Shown here in pieces: positions 20,171 to 29,694 of a stretch of DNA of 64,000 nucleotides (its first letter is position 1; each line of letters opens with the position of its first letter). The translations under genes and the position numbers were made by a program. The stretch covers positions 83,984-147,983 of the forward strand of contig JBAQNH010000002.1 in NCBI GenBank assembly GCA_049303575.1. The letters are read 5' to 3'. Below the pieces are notes generated by a model. It worked only from the letters and a program-made list of their open reading frames with translations. It had not been told where the DNA came from and made no database searches. The DNA comes from Microgenomates group bacterium. GTDB lineage: Bacteria; Patescibacteriota; Microgenomatia; UBA1400; MFAQ01.

Positions 20171-20803
20171 TTAAAACAATCCCATTTGTTGCTCTATTTT
20201 TCCGGGATTCTCTTCCTTCGGATAGGAAAAATCTACTTCGATTTCTCTTGGCTCATTCCAATGGTCGATAAACTTCAGCTTTTTATTTTTCATTCCAAAG
20301 TCATAAATACCCTTCGTTACCTCAACATCCATTTCACAATATTTTTTTAGATTAGCCAAACTTTCTTTGTCCCCTTTTGCCCACCACATCACCGCGTCTG
20401 CTCCCGAAGCATTCTTCCCCTGTCCCAAACACTCCTTGGCCACCGAATCCAATTTTACCCGATGTCCAAAAACATCTTTGATAATTTTCATCACGTCAAA
20501 ATGTTTCAATTTAGTAAAGTCGCCCTTATAAACTCCATTTACTGCTGGGACATCAAATCCCAAACTGTTGTAGCCAATTATTCTGTCCGCTTCTTCAAAC
20601 CAACTCCACATCTGATCAAAGTCCTCCTCCCAAAAACTTTTCATTTCCCCACTTAACTCTTTAAGATCACTGTCTATCTCCCGCCTATATACCGACACAA
20701 TAGATATTCCCAAATCTTCCGGCTTCCTCGCGTTAATATCATCAAAAAATTTCTTTGTCTCAATATCAAAAAATACCTCTACTCTGTTTCCTTCGGCTGT
20801 CAT
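20171..20803 (-). CDS. predicted RNase H-like/DEDD-type 3'-5' exonuclease
   Basis: VFFDIETKKF resembles exonuclease motif I (DxE). IGYNSLGFDVPAV resembles motif II. Otherwise uncharacterised. Confidence 0.4.
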   Translation of the reverse strand: MTAEGNRVEVFFDIETKKFFDDINARKPEDLGISIVSVYRREIDSDLKELSGEMKSFWEEDFDQMWSWFEEADRIIGYNSLGFDVPAVNGVYKGDFTKLKHFDVMKIIKDVFGHRVKLDSVAKECLGQGKNASGADAVMWWAKGDKESLANLKKYCEMDVEVTKGIYDFGMKNKKLKFIDHWNEPREIEVDFSYPKEENPGKIEQQMGLF

Positions 20804-20815
20804 AAGAGAACATAT

Positions 20816-21322
20816 TTAATCACCCTTTTCCCATTTTTGCATCCGGTCCTTTCCAAATCTCCCCAAGAAATACACCCCCATGCCCGCAACAAGCACCGGA
20901 ATATAGTACTCCCACACTCCGGCATCGGGTAAAGCAGACTCATCGGGTAGAGCTGCTGGAGTTGCCACAGATGCCGAAGCCGTTGAATTAAATTTTAAGG
21001 TGAATGAAATACTCTGCACTCCCGAAGTAATTACGATCAAGTTGTCTCCCTGATCCAAAGAAGCAGGCACAAACTGCCACACTCCGCTGGTACTAGCCGT
21101 CGCGTAATTTAAAAGAGTTTTAATTTTTACCCCAACCTCAGCACTTGGTGACGCCGTTCCTGTAAGTGTCGGTACTCCTCCGGTGTAATTCACCACGCTG
21201 TAGTTTGTTCCCAAAGTCGACAACACTCCCACACTGGTTAAGGTCAGATCATACGCCCAAACACTTTTCACCATTAAAATACCTCCCCATAGTCCCAAAA
21301 GACCCAATATTCCCTTTTTCAT
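20816..21322 (-). CDS. hypothetical secreted/surface protein with a C-terminal membrane anchor; start trimmed to MKKGILG to abut the upstream gene
   Basis: Signal-peptide-like N-terminus (MKKGILGLLGLWGGILMVKSVWA). Ser/Thr-rich middle. C-terminal hydrophobic helix plus basic tail. Confidence 0.35.
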   Translation of the reverse strand: MKKGILGLLGLWGGILMVKSVWAYDLTLTSVGVLSTLGTNYSVVNYTGGVPTLTGTASPSAEVGVKIKTLLNYATASTSGVWQFVPASLDQGDNLIVITSGVQSISFTLKFNSTASASVATPAALPDESALPDAGVWEYYIPVLVAGMGVYFLGRFGKDRMQKWEKGD

Positions 21323-21323
21323 A

Positions 21324-22664
21324 TTAGATTTCAATTTCATCATGTAACATGGGCAAGTCAACTTTTACACCTGGTAAATCCTGCCTTATCTTTTCCGCCA
21401 AAACCAATCTTGGTAGTTCTTCCCCATGGGTCAGGATCACATGTGATAATCCTTCCATCTTGCCAAGCCATGTCAAGATCTGACCCTGATCGGCGTGTGA
21501 ACTCATAGTCTTAATCTCTTTTATTTTTGCCCTGATTGTGACTTCGTTCCCCCATACATTTACTTTTTTTATGCCGTCTTTTATCAAACGACCCATTGTT
21601 CCATCAGCTTGATAACCTACAAAGACAAGCTGTGTCTTAGGCTCACCTAAAAACGAAACTACATGGTGAATAACTCTCCCCCCGCTCATCATTCCGCTTC
21701 CTGCCACAATTATTTTCGTCCCCATCATATTTTTTATCTGCCTGCTTTTTTCCATCGTGTCGCTCAAAACTAAACTCGGAAAATCAAATGGATCATCTGT
21801 TTGGGCTTGTGTCTCCAGTTTTCGATTATATAAATTTGGAAAATCCCTAAAAATCTCGGTCGCTTTAATTGCCATTGGACTATCCAAAAATACCGGTGTT
21901 TTTTCTGCCATTCTTCCTTGTTTTTTTAGTTGATCAAAAATGTATAAAATTTCTTGAGCTCTCTGTAAAGAAAAGGAGGGAATAATTACTGTTCCTTTTT
22001 CGGCTTCCGCTTCAGCCACAATTTTGGCCAGCTCCTCTACCTCGTCTCGACTTTCGTGTATTTCATCTCCGTATGTTGATTCGACTACCGATATGTCTGC
22101 TTTTGTTACCCAGTGAGTTGGATCGAGCAATGGTTCCGGAGTATTTCCGAGATCTCCACTAAAAGAAACTCGTTTCCCGGTTTTTGTATCACGAACCAGT
22201 ACCGTCGCTGATCCCAAGATGTGTCCCGCATCCATCAATACCACTTCAAACTCACCCACCATAAAGGGTTTGTCATACTCCACCAGCTGCACCTGTTTCA
22301 TTATTTTTTCAACATCTTCGTCGGTATACAGTACTACTCTTAATTCTTCCTCTTTGGCTATCTTTGCCGAGTCATATAGCACCAACTCCGCCAGTGCTTT
22401 AGTTGCCTCAGTCATAAAGATTGGTCCCCTAAAACCATAACGGAGAAGTAAAGGCAGTCTTCCGCAATGATCCAAATGCGCATGTGTTAAAACTACTGCC
22501 GTCAACTTATCAAAATCCATGTCTGGTTTAACTGAGTTCAAGCCCATTTCTTCCGCCTTTCCTTGAAACATTCCGTAATCAACCATCAAACCGGTCGACT
22601 CTCCAGTGAGAAAATAGCATGAACCGGTAACCATAGAGGCAGCCCCCAAAAACTTTATTTTCAC
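21324..22664 (-). CDS. metallo-beta-lactamase/beta-CASP family RNA-processing nuclease (RNase J/CPSF-like)
   Basis: MBL motif HAHLDHCG. N-terminal KFLGAASMVTGSCYFL is typical of beta-CASP RNases. About 446 aa. Confidence 0.7.
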   Translation of the reverse strand: MKIKFLGAASMVTGSCYFLTGESTGLMVDYGMFQGKAEEMGLNSVKPDMDFDKLTAVVLTHAHLDHCGRLPLLLRYGFRGPIFMTEATKALAELVLYDSAKIAKEEELRVVLYTDEDVEKIMKQVQLVEYDKPFMVGEFEVVLMDAGHILGSATVLVRDTKTGKRVSFSGDLGNTPEPLLDPTHWVTKADISVVESTYGDEIHESRDEVEELAKIVAEAEAEKGTVIIPSFSLQRAQEILYIFDQLKKQGRMAEKTPVFLDSPMAIKATEIFRDFPNLYNRKLETQAQTDDPFDFPSLVLSDTMEKSRQIKNMMGTKIIVAGSGMMSGGRVIHHVVSFLGEPKTQLVFVGYQADGTMGRLIKDGIKKVNVWGNEVTIRAKIKEIKTMSSHADQGQILTWLGKMEGLSHVILTHGEELPRLVLAEKIRQDLPGVKVDLPMLHDEIEI

Positions 22665-22707
22665 TAATCCAGTTTATCAGAGACCCAATCTTTGCTAAAA
22701 TGAACTC

Positions 22708-23463
22708 ATGACTTGTCCTCACTGTAGCCAGCCTCTTTCCTTTATTGCTGTGGACACCATTGATGGTAATACTCAAACTGTCAGTGAATGCCTTAACTGT
22801 GGTGGTCATTTTCTTCCCCCTTACATGGCTAACTTCCTTTCCGTCGAGACCGCAAAAAATATTGACTCTGTTCTCCCCAAATCCAAAACCGTTCCGGCCA
22901 CTCGCCCGGTCTGTCCCAAGTGCGGTCAAACTATGTCCAGTATCAAAGATGACGCCGTCCCGGAAACCGTTACTGTTTTTACCTGTCCCAACAATCATGG
23001 CGACTTTTTCCCCAAAGGTCAGCTTCTAAACTTCAAAAAGGCCCAACAGGCTAAGATCTATTATCACAAACTCTGGGGCATCCCCCTAAAATCGGCCTTC
23101 GCCGTCATCATTCCTTTATTTATTGTTTTTACCGCCATTGCGGTCATACCGACCATCACCAAACAACTAGGCACCTCCCAAGAATCTCGCGTCAAAGCCG
23201 GTGACATTCTTACTGCTCCCTTAATTACTCCCATTTCCAACACCCAGGTCCTCATCTCTTTCTCTACCAAAAGTCCTGCCAAAGCCCAGGTTCGCTTCAC
23301 TGAAGGTCTAGACCAAACCTTTGTCATCTCGCAAACTCCCCAAACCAATCATCTTCTTAACGTGGAAGGTCTCCTGCCGGGAACACTCTATAAATACGTC
23401 ATTACTCTAAACATCAACAACAAACTAACTACCACCCAGGAGTACACCTTCGCCACCCCCTAA
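22708..23463 (+). CDS. hypothetical double zinc-ribbon membrane protein with a C-terminal beta-rich (Ig/FN3-like) domain
   Basis: CPHC..CLNCGG and CPKCG..CPNNH cysteine pairs. Central TM helix (AFAVIIPLFIVFTAIAVI). Confidence 0.4.
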   Translation: MTCPHCSQPLSFIAVDTIDGNTQTVSECLNCGGHFLPPYMANFLSVETAKNIDSVLPKSKTVPATRPVCPKCGQTMSSIKDDAVPETVTVFTCPNNHGDFFPKGQLLNFKKAQQAKIYYHKLWGIPLKSAFAVIIPLFIVFTAIAVIPTITKQLGTSQESRVKAGDILTAPLITPISNTQVLISFSTKSPAKAQVRFTEGLDQTFVISQTPQTNHLLNVEGLLPGTLYKYVITLNINNKLTTTQEYTFATP

Positions 23464-23469
23464 AACCAA

Positions 23470-23493
23470 AAGCCGCCTGTTTCCAAGCGGCTT
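23470..23493. terminator. bidirectional hairpin terminator between convergent genes
   Basis: AAGCCGC-(10 nt loop)-GCGGCTT, a 7-bp GC-rich stem flanked by A/T runs on both sides. Confidence 0.5.
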
Positions 23494-23510
23494 CAAACCC
23501 ACACAATCCT

Positions 23511-23852
23511 TTATTTCTTATAGATACAGTATCGGTTTGTCTTTACCTCCTTCCACTCATAGTCGTACCTAGAAGAAAAGGTAATTTTTTCGGTTTTGTA
23601 CCCGACATAAACGCAGTCATTGTCGGGGAACAATACTTCCATCGGCGTCCAATGGTAAGGGCTATCGGGACTAATCATTGATCCTACACGCTTGTAGGCC
23701 AAGGCTGTCCCCGCCCATTCTGAATCATCTGCCAGCTGGTCAAAATTGACCTCAGCGAAAGACTTCGTCGTCTCTCTGCCGCAGGCAGTTAACAAAACCG
23801 ACAGAATTATAACTACTAGAATTACGGTCACTTTCTTCATCTTTTCCTCCAA
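23511..23852 (-). CDS. hypothetical lipoprotein
   Basis: Signal peptide ending in the lipobox LLTAC. Confidence 0.4.
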   Translation of the reverse strand: MEEKMKKVTVILVVIILSVLLTACGRETTKSFAEVNFDQLADDSEWAGTALAYKRVGSMISPDSPYHWTPMEVLFPDNDCVYVGYKTEKITFSSRYDYEWKEVKTNRYCIYKK

Positions 23853-23918
23853 AAATCACAGAAAAGGATTGGTTTAAGGTTCAACTTACGACTCATATAC
23901 TATCATGTCTAGCCTCAA

Positions 23919-24710
23919 ATGTCAAGTTATAGGACTATTTCTCCCCGTGTGGGTTATAATAAGCTAGTGACTACCAAACGTGAATTTACCCCCTACGAGC
24001 AAAACCATCTCCGAAAATGGGCACCAAAGATCGATCCTAACACGATTGGCAATCAGCCTGTCGAGTATGCCACCGGCCACGCTGAGTTTCTCGGTCTGGA
24101 CTTTTTGGTTACACCGGACACCCTCATTCCCCGTATCGAGTCCGAACAGATAGTAAACGACGCGCTTCAATTTATCGACGATCATGATCTTGCCCACCCT
24201 ACCATCGCCGATATAGGGACCGGTTCCGGCTGTCTCGGTATTTCCCTTGCCACAAAGCTGGCCAAACGCCAAATTCCTTACTCCATCTTCCTTTCTGACA
24301 TCTCCCTCAAAGCTCTCAAGGTTGCCGACTTAAACGCCCAAAGGCTACTTCACTCTCCTGAAAATATCTACTTTCAAGAGTCAAACCTTCTCGAAAATTT
24401 TCCCAAAATTAAATTTGATCTTATTCTCGCCAATCTTCCCTATATTCCCTCGAAGAACATCGCCTCACTCGACTCCTCCATCAAAGACTTCGAACCAAAA
24501 ATAGCCTTGGATGGCGGTCCCAATGGCAATCTTTTCATCAACGCCCTCCTCGATAAGCTCCCCCTATTTCTCAAAAAAGGTGGTCGGGCAGTACTCGAGA
24601 TTGATGATACCCACACCCTCGAAAGTTTTTCTTTCCCCAAAGGTATATCAGCCAAGATCATCAATGACTGTTTCCACAAACCTCGTTTCCTTGTTTGTTC
24701 TTATTTGTAG
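23919..24710 (+). CDS. prmC: release-factor glutamine N5-methyltransferase PrmC/HemK
   Basis: SAM-binding ADIGTGSGCLGISLA. Catalytic NPPY-type motif as ILANLPYIP. Confidence 0.75.
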   Translation: MSSYRTISPRVGYNKLVTTKREFTPYEQNHLRKWAPKIDPNTIGNQPVEYATGHAEFLGLDFLVTPDTLIPRIESEQIVNDALQFIDDHDLAHPTIADIGTGSGCLGISLATKLAKRQIPYSIFLSDISLKALKVADLNAQRLLHSPENIYFQESNLLENFPKIKFDLILANLPYIPSKNIASLDSSIKDFEPKIALDGGPNGNLFINALLDKLPLFLKKGGRAVLEIDDTHTLESFSFPKGISAKIINDCFHKPRFLVCSYL

Positions 24711-25150
24711 TGGCCCTTAATTTGGAAAAGAATATACATTGATATTCCCGTTCCAATAATCAAACCTCCTAAATTTACTGTAACCAAGTTATATATCGCC
24801 ATTATCAAGCCTGAATAGAACATTAGTCTCCAAGCCGAAATCTTTCTTTTAAACAAACCGGGTAAAGCCACTGCCAAAAGCACCATACTGGCAACCGAAA
24901 TCCACCACGCTATGTTATATCCAAAACGATACGAGTAACCCCAACCGGGCATCATCAAAGCCGAGAGGCCAAGAGCCCCAAGCAAAGTCGGTAGGCTAAA
25001 TACCAATGCCACTAGCGCAATCCAGGGGCTGAATCTAACAATTATTTCTTTTATGCTAGTCGGTAGGGCCGGAAGTTTTTTGACAAAAATGTCTTCCAGC
25101 TTCACCTCTATCTGCTTGATAACACCTCCCTCGTTATTTTGTTTTGCCAT
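24701..25150 (-). CDS. hypothetical membrane protein
   Basis: Three to four hydrophobic helices. No motif recognised. Confidence 0.35.
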   Translation of the reverse strand: MAKQNNEGGVIKQIEVKLEDIFVKKLPALPTSIKEIIVRFSPWIALVALVFSLPTLLGALGLSALMMPGWGYSYRFGYNIAWWISVASMVLLAVALPGLFKRKISAWRLMFYSGLIMAIYNLVTVNLGGLIIGTGISMYILFQIKGHYK

Positions 25151-25196
25151 AAATTAATTCTACACATTTTTTTAAATATTTGTTAAACTTATTACA

Positions 25197-25853
25197 GTGT
25201 TTAAAACCTGGATTATTTGTATCACTATTATTTCTGTAAGTCTCTTCTTGGGTATTAATCTCTATCCCCGAAACCGTTTCCAGCCCCAAGAAGATTTTGA
25301 TCCCCAGGAAACCACCGCCGTTTTTCTTAACTCACCCTTGTTGATCCCCAAAGAGCTTGCTCAGATTCCTCTCTCCCAAAAGGTTCTTGGCGATTCGAAT
25401 GTCGACAAAAAGATCTACGTCGACCTCACCAATCAAACCCTCTATGCCTATGAAGGCGAAAATCTTATTTACAGTTTCCTGGTATCTACCGGTAAGTGGG
25501 GTAAAACACCAACCGGAGTTTTTAATATCTGGGGTAAGTTTCGCTACACCAAAATGAGTGGTGGTTCTACCGCCCTACGTACCTATTACTACCTTCCCAA
25601 TGTCCCCTATGTCATGTTTTACAGCAATGATCAAGTTGCTGCCTCTCGCGGTTTTTCTCTTCACGGCACCTACTGGCATGATAACTTTGGCCACCCCATG
25701 TCCCATGGTTGTGTCAATATGAAAACTTCTGAGGCCGCTCTAATCTATGAGTGGTCTGATCCTCAAATTCCCCAGGGGAGTAAATCCACACGTTCAACTT
25801 CTGATAATCCAGGCACCCAAATCATTGTCTACGGAAAAGCTCCCCCATCTTAA
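25197..25853 (+). CDS. L,D-transpeptidase (YkuD-family catalytic domain)
   Basis: N-terminal TM helix. Catalytic motif HGT..SHGCVNM (His/Cys dyad). Confidence 0.75.
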   Translation: MFKTWIICITIISVSLFLGINLYPRNRFQPQEDFDPQETTAVFLNSPLLIPKELAQIPLSQKVLGDSNVDKKIYVDLTNQTLYAYEGENLIYSFLVSTGKWGKTPTGVFNIWGKFRYTKMSGGSTALRTYYYLPNVPYVMFYSNDQVAASRGFSLHGTYWHDNFGHPMSHGCVNMKTSEAALIYEWSDPQIPQGSKSTRSTSDNPGTQIIVYGKAPPS

Positions 25854-25909
25854 TAGTTCATTATCTAAGACTGTTGCCTTAAAATATTTTTAGGGTATAA
25901 TCTTCACGT

Positions 25910-26560
25910 ATGACTAAAGCAAAATTTATCAAAATCAAAAAGTTCTTTTCCCAGTTCCCCACGAAAAAATTCACCAAGGGTCAAATAATTCTTAAACCGG
26001 GAGACAAGTTTGAGAATATTTACTTCATTAAAAATGGTTTCGTTAAAGCCTATACCGTTACCCCCAAAGGCAAAAACATCATCAATCTTTTTAAGCCTTT
26101 ATTCTATTTCTCCCTCATGCACTTCACCATGGACCATCGAAATGATTTTTACTTCAAAACTCTTACCCCCGTTGAAGTAAATATTGTCCCCTTCTCAGAG
26201 TTTCAAAAATTTATTGATGAAGATAAAAGTATAAGTCTCTCTATCATGGAGTTATTTTTCAGTTCCCTTATGAACTATTTCGTCAATCAAGGTAACATTG
26301 TCTGCGGTTGTGCCCAAAACAAAGTCGCTTCAATTCTCCTACAACTCACTCATGATCATGGTGACCTTAAAAATGGTAAGCTTGTTGTCAACTTCCCGGC
26401 CACCCATAGAGTCATCGCTAATATCGTTGGGCTTACTCGTGAAACCACTAGTGTCCAAATGAGTAAACTTCAAAAAATGGGAATCATTTCTACTAAACGA
26501 ACCCAGTTCGTGGTAAACGACCTCAAAAAACTAAAGGAGCTGGCTCAAGTATCAGAGTAA
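25910..26560 (+). CDS. Crp/Fnr-family transcriptional regulator
   Basis: N-terminal cNMP-binding-like beta-roll. C-terminal HTH (RETTSVQMSKLQKMGII). Confidence 0.6.
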   Translation: MTKAKFIKIKKFFSQFPTKKFTKGQIILKPGDKFENIYFIKNGFVKAYTVTPKGKNIINLFKPLFYFSLMHFTMDHRNDFYFKTLTPVEVNIVPFSEFQKFIDEDKSISLSIMELFFSSLMNYFVNQGNIVCGCAQNKVASILLQLTHDHGDLKNGKLVVNFPATHRVIANIVGLTRETTSVQMSKLQKMGIISTKRTQFVVNDLKKLKELAQVSE

Positions 26561-27355
26561 CTTCTTAATTCTTCCCATCACTTTTTCGGTCGCTTTTTCT
26601 CCGATCTCAATTGCTTCTTTTCCTCTGATAAAATCAAAATCCTCGATATATTCCATTACCGGCTCTATCACTACGTCCGCTCCTCTAACTTCCTTTTTGG
26701 CCAAGTTGTATCTTAGCGCAAAATAACTATTCTTCAAAATATCAATTGTTGAACTCGAGAAACCCCTTCTATAATTTTTCCCCGAAAAATACACTCCATC
26801 CAAGTTCACCGCAATTATTATTTCCGCCCCCATGTTCTTAGCTACTTCCACTGGCACCGGAGAGGATACTCCCCCATCCACCAACAATCGTCCCTCGGTC
26901 AAGACTGGTGAATAAACCAGTGGCACCGAGACACTGGCTCGGATTGCTTCTGCCAAACCTCCTTTAGAAAAGATCACCGTTTCCGCCGTACCCATATCTG
27001 TAGCCACTGCCGCAAACGGTATTTTTAAGTCTTCAATTTTTTCGCCATTAAACAGTTTTTTCAAAAACTCCAAAGTTTTTTCTCCTTTGATCAAGCCCCC
27101 TCCCCACGTCGGATCAACCAACACCTTAGCCAAATCTTTGTAAGTAACCCCTCTAACCATTTCTTCCAAGTCGTCAACTCTTCCCCACGATGCAAATAGT
27201 CCTCCGACCAAAGCTCCCGAGCTTGATCCTACAATAAAATCTATCGGCACTTTATTTTTCAACAAAGTTTTAATTACCCCGATATGAGCTAAACCCCTTG
27301 CGCCACCACTCCCCAGTACCAGTCCCACTTTTTTCTTCTTTTTAAAAAAACACAT
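26552..27355 (-). CDS. patatin-like phospholipase; start trimmed to MCFFKKKKK
   Basis: Oxyanion GSGGARG (GxGxxG). Nucleophile GSSSGA (GxSxG). Catalytic Asp in the DGG context (LLVDGGVSS). Confidence 0.75.
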   Translation of the reverse strand: MCFFKKKKKVGLVLGSGGARGLAHIGVIKTLLKNKVPIDFIVGSSSGALVGGLFASWGRVDDLEEMVRGVTYKDLAKVLVDPTWGGGLIKGEKTLEFLKKLFNGEKIEDLKIPFAAVATDMGTAETVIFSKGGLAEAIRASVSVPLVYSPVLTEGRLLVDGGVSSPVPVEVAKNMGAEIIIAVNLDGVYFSGKNYRRGFSSSTIDILKNSYFALRYNLAKKEVRGADVVIEPVMEYIEDFDFIRGKEAIEIGEKATEKVMGRIKKLL

Positions 27356-27402
27356 TAAACTAATGTTACAACAACATCGCGCTCTCGATATAATAAGAAG
27401 CA

Positions 27403-28173
27403 GTGACCAATTTACAAGCAATCATTCTCGCCATCGTTGAGGGCCTTACCGAGTTCCTTCCTATTTCCAGTACTGGTCACTTAATTCTCACTCAAAAACT
27501 TCTGGGAATTACCGCCACCGAGTTCACCAAAAGTTTCAACATTCTTGTTCAACTCTCGGCTATCCTTGCGGTGGTTGTCCTTTACTGGAAAAAAATTATT
27601 GGCTCACGACACCTTTGGCGACAACTAATTATTGCCTTTATACCCACAGGGATTCTTGGTTTCGTTTTCTATAAATACGTTAAGATTTTTCTTCTAGACA
27701 ATGTCTTGGTCACCGTTCTTGCTCTGCTCATTGGCGGTTTTATTTTACTCATTATCGATCGCCTTCCCAAACTCACTCTCGGCTCAAAAAAAATCTCTAT
27801 GTTAAACTCCCCAAATCTTCTCTCTATTGGTCTCTTTCAGTCTTTATCTATGATCCCCGGAGTATCTCGCTCTGCCGCTTCCATTATTGGTGGTCTCTTT
27901 TCCGGTCTCTCTCGAGTTGAGGCTGTCGAGTTTTCCTTTCTCCTGGCTATTCCTACCATGGTTGCCGCCAGTGGCTATGACTTACTCAAAACCGGTTTTT
28001 CTTTTACCTCCCAAGAATTTTTTCTCCTTGCTCTAGGCTCTCTCTTTTCCTTCCTGGCTTCCCTTCTGGCCGTCAAATCCTTTACCTCCTTCGTTGCTAA
28101 ACACAACTTTACCATCTTCGCCGTTTATCGGATAGTTTTCGCCTTCATTGTTCTCTGGTTGCTCAACTCCTAG
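27403..28173 (+). CDS. uppP: undecaprenyl-diphosphatase UppP/BacA
   Basis: LTEFLPISSTGHL and ..SRSAASIIGG.. conserved motifs. Eight TM helices. Confidence 0.85.
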   Translation: MTNLQAIILAIVEGLTEFLPISSTGHLILTQKLLGITATEFTKSFNILVQLSAILAVVVLYWKKIIGSRHLWRQLIIAFIPTGILGFVFYKYVKIFLLDNVLVTVLALLIGGFILLIIDRLPKLTLGSKKISMLNSPNLLSIGLFQSLSMIPGVSRSAASIIGGLFSGLSRVEAVEFSFLLAIPTMVAASGYDLLKTGFSFTSQEFFLLALGSLFSFLASLLAVKSFTSFVAKHNFTIFAVYRIVFAFIVLWLLNS

Positions 28174-28182
28174 GAATTTATT

Positions 28183-28380
28183 TTATCTTTTTAGGGTAGA
28201 CATACCAAGCAACTTATAAACTAAACAAAACCCCGTTAGCGCATTTATCACCAGTATCCCCCCTAAAATATACAGCACGATCTGCCATGTTCCTTCACCC
28301 ACACTATATCCCACCAGTATCAATATTACCCCCACTACCGCCCTTATTAGTCTATCCATTTCACCCACGTTTTGTGTCAT
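28183..28380 (-). CDS. small two-helix membrane protein (DUF2892/YgaP-like)
   Basis: 65 aa. GxxxG-rich hairpin of two TM helices. Confidence 0.35.
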   Translation of the reverse strand: MTQNVGEMDRLIRAVVGVILILVGYSVGEGTWQIVLYILGGILVINALTGFCLVYKLLGMSTLKR

Positions 28381-28475
28381 TTATTACTATCATAACATGA
28401 TAAACGAAACTATGAAAATAGCCTCAAAAAAAATGGGGCTCATTTAAAGTCCCAATTTTTTTATACCAAATGGTC

Positions 28476-28715
28476 TTATTTTTTGATTACTTTCTTGACT
28501 ACTTTCTTTTTTGCAGCAACTACGGTTCTTTTAACCTTGGCTACTTGAGCCTTTCCTTTTCTTACTGTTTTATTTACGGTATTTCTAACCGCAGTTCTGT
28601 TCTCTTTTTTTGAAAGAAAAATTGCAACCACTCCGACAGCGACACCAATAACAGTGGCTCCTATGGCTGCAAGTATTCCTCTTTTAATCTTCTTTTTTCT
28701 GGCAGGACTTTTCAT
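28476..28715 (-). CDS. small lysine-rich membrane-anchored protein
   Basis: KKKIKRG N-terminus, one TM helix, then a highly basic KxxK-rich tail (VAAKKKVVKKVIKK). Confidence 0.3.
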   Translation of the reverse strand: MKSPARKKKIKRGILAAIGATVIGVAVGVVAIFLSKKENRTAVRNTVNKTVRKGKAQVAKVKRTVVAAKKKVVKKVIKK

Positions 28716-28788
28716 GTCTTTTGAAATTGTTAACTAACTCATTATTGCACAAAACCACCTCATTAAAAATACCACTATCACACCCTCC

Positions 28789-29010
28789 CTATATTTTTTT
28801 CAACTTCTCCCGGGCATACTCACGCGCCTTTCCCTCTCTGTCCTCAAAATCGGGGAAATCGGGGTGATTTTCCACAATATGTCGACTCCCTTCCCTAAAA
28901 CTTTTTTTAAACGCCCCCTCCCAGTCGTCAGCCTTCACCTCTAAGATAAAATCGCATCCGGGGGTAGGACATTTCCAAGAGTATCTACTCATAAAAATAG
29001 GTACCTCCAC
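28789..29010 (-). CDS. small hypothetical protein
   Basis: 73 aa. CPTPGC pair. Charged C-terminus. Confidence 0.3.
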   Translation of the reverse strand: MEVPIFMSRYSWKCPTPGCDFILEVKADDWEGAFKKSFREGSRHIVENHPDFPDFEDREGKAREYAREKLKKI

Positions 29011-29127
29011 CCTTCAACTTTTCTAATATTAATATAAATAATCTTAACACCGCTAGGTTAAAAACAAAAATCAGCATCGCTTCAATCTTTTTCCCAAAAA
29101 TAATAACAGTAAATATATAATTAACTA

Positions 29128-29694
29128 TTGATGAGAAAAATCAATTATAAAATTGTCCGCAACCTTGTTATCGGCATCTTAACCTTTGGCCTTCCGATAG
29201 CTCTCATCATTATCTTTCGTAACGACATCAAAAACATTGAAAAAATAATTCCGGCAACTGGTCTCACCGGACCTCTTCTCTCAATTCTTCTTATGGGTAT
29301 TCTCTCGGCAACCCCTATCCCCACCGATCCGATTGTTATTTTAAACGGTGCCATTTTCGGACCGTGGATTGGTATCCTGGTTTCCTGGATGGGTAATAAT
29401 CTTGCCTCCGTTATCGAATATTATTTAGGTCGAGGCTTGGGTGAAGTTGCCAATTTTGAAAAAATAAAGAGCAAACTTCCCCTTGGTCTTGGTCGTTTCC
29501 CGGCCGACTCGGTTTGGTTTCTTCTTTTTGGTCGTTTTATTCCTCAGTTCGGCGGCAAAATTGTTTCCCTTACCGGTGGTTTTTATCGTGTTCCCCTCGT
29601 GCGCTATCTCTGGACCGCTTTCCTAAGCAATCTCCTTGGCTCGATCCTCTTGGCTTATGGGGGCTACTCTCTCCTTCACGTTTTCATCAAGTAA
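29128..29694 (+). CDS. DedA/TVP38-family membrane protein (tentative)
   Basis: Polytopic protein. Loop motif GRFIPQFGGKIVSLTGG resembles the DedA signature. Confidence 0.4.
   Translation: MMRKINYKIVRNLVIGILTFGLPIALIIIFRNDIKNIEKIIPATGLTGPLLSILLMGILSATPIPTDPIVILNGAIFGPWIGILVSWMGNNLASVIEYYLGRGLGEVANFEKIKSKLPLGLGRFPADSVWFLLFGRFIPQFGGKIVSLTGGFYRVPLVRYLWTAFLSNLLGSILLAYGGYSLLHVFIK

Noticed and set aside
22579-22998. 139-aa minus-strand ORF
   Set aside because: It overlaps the N-terminus of the MBL/beta-CASP gene and the zinc-ribbon gene 22708..23463, which has better sequence features. It is likely spurious.
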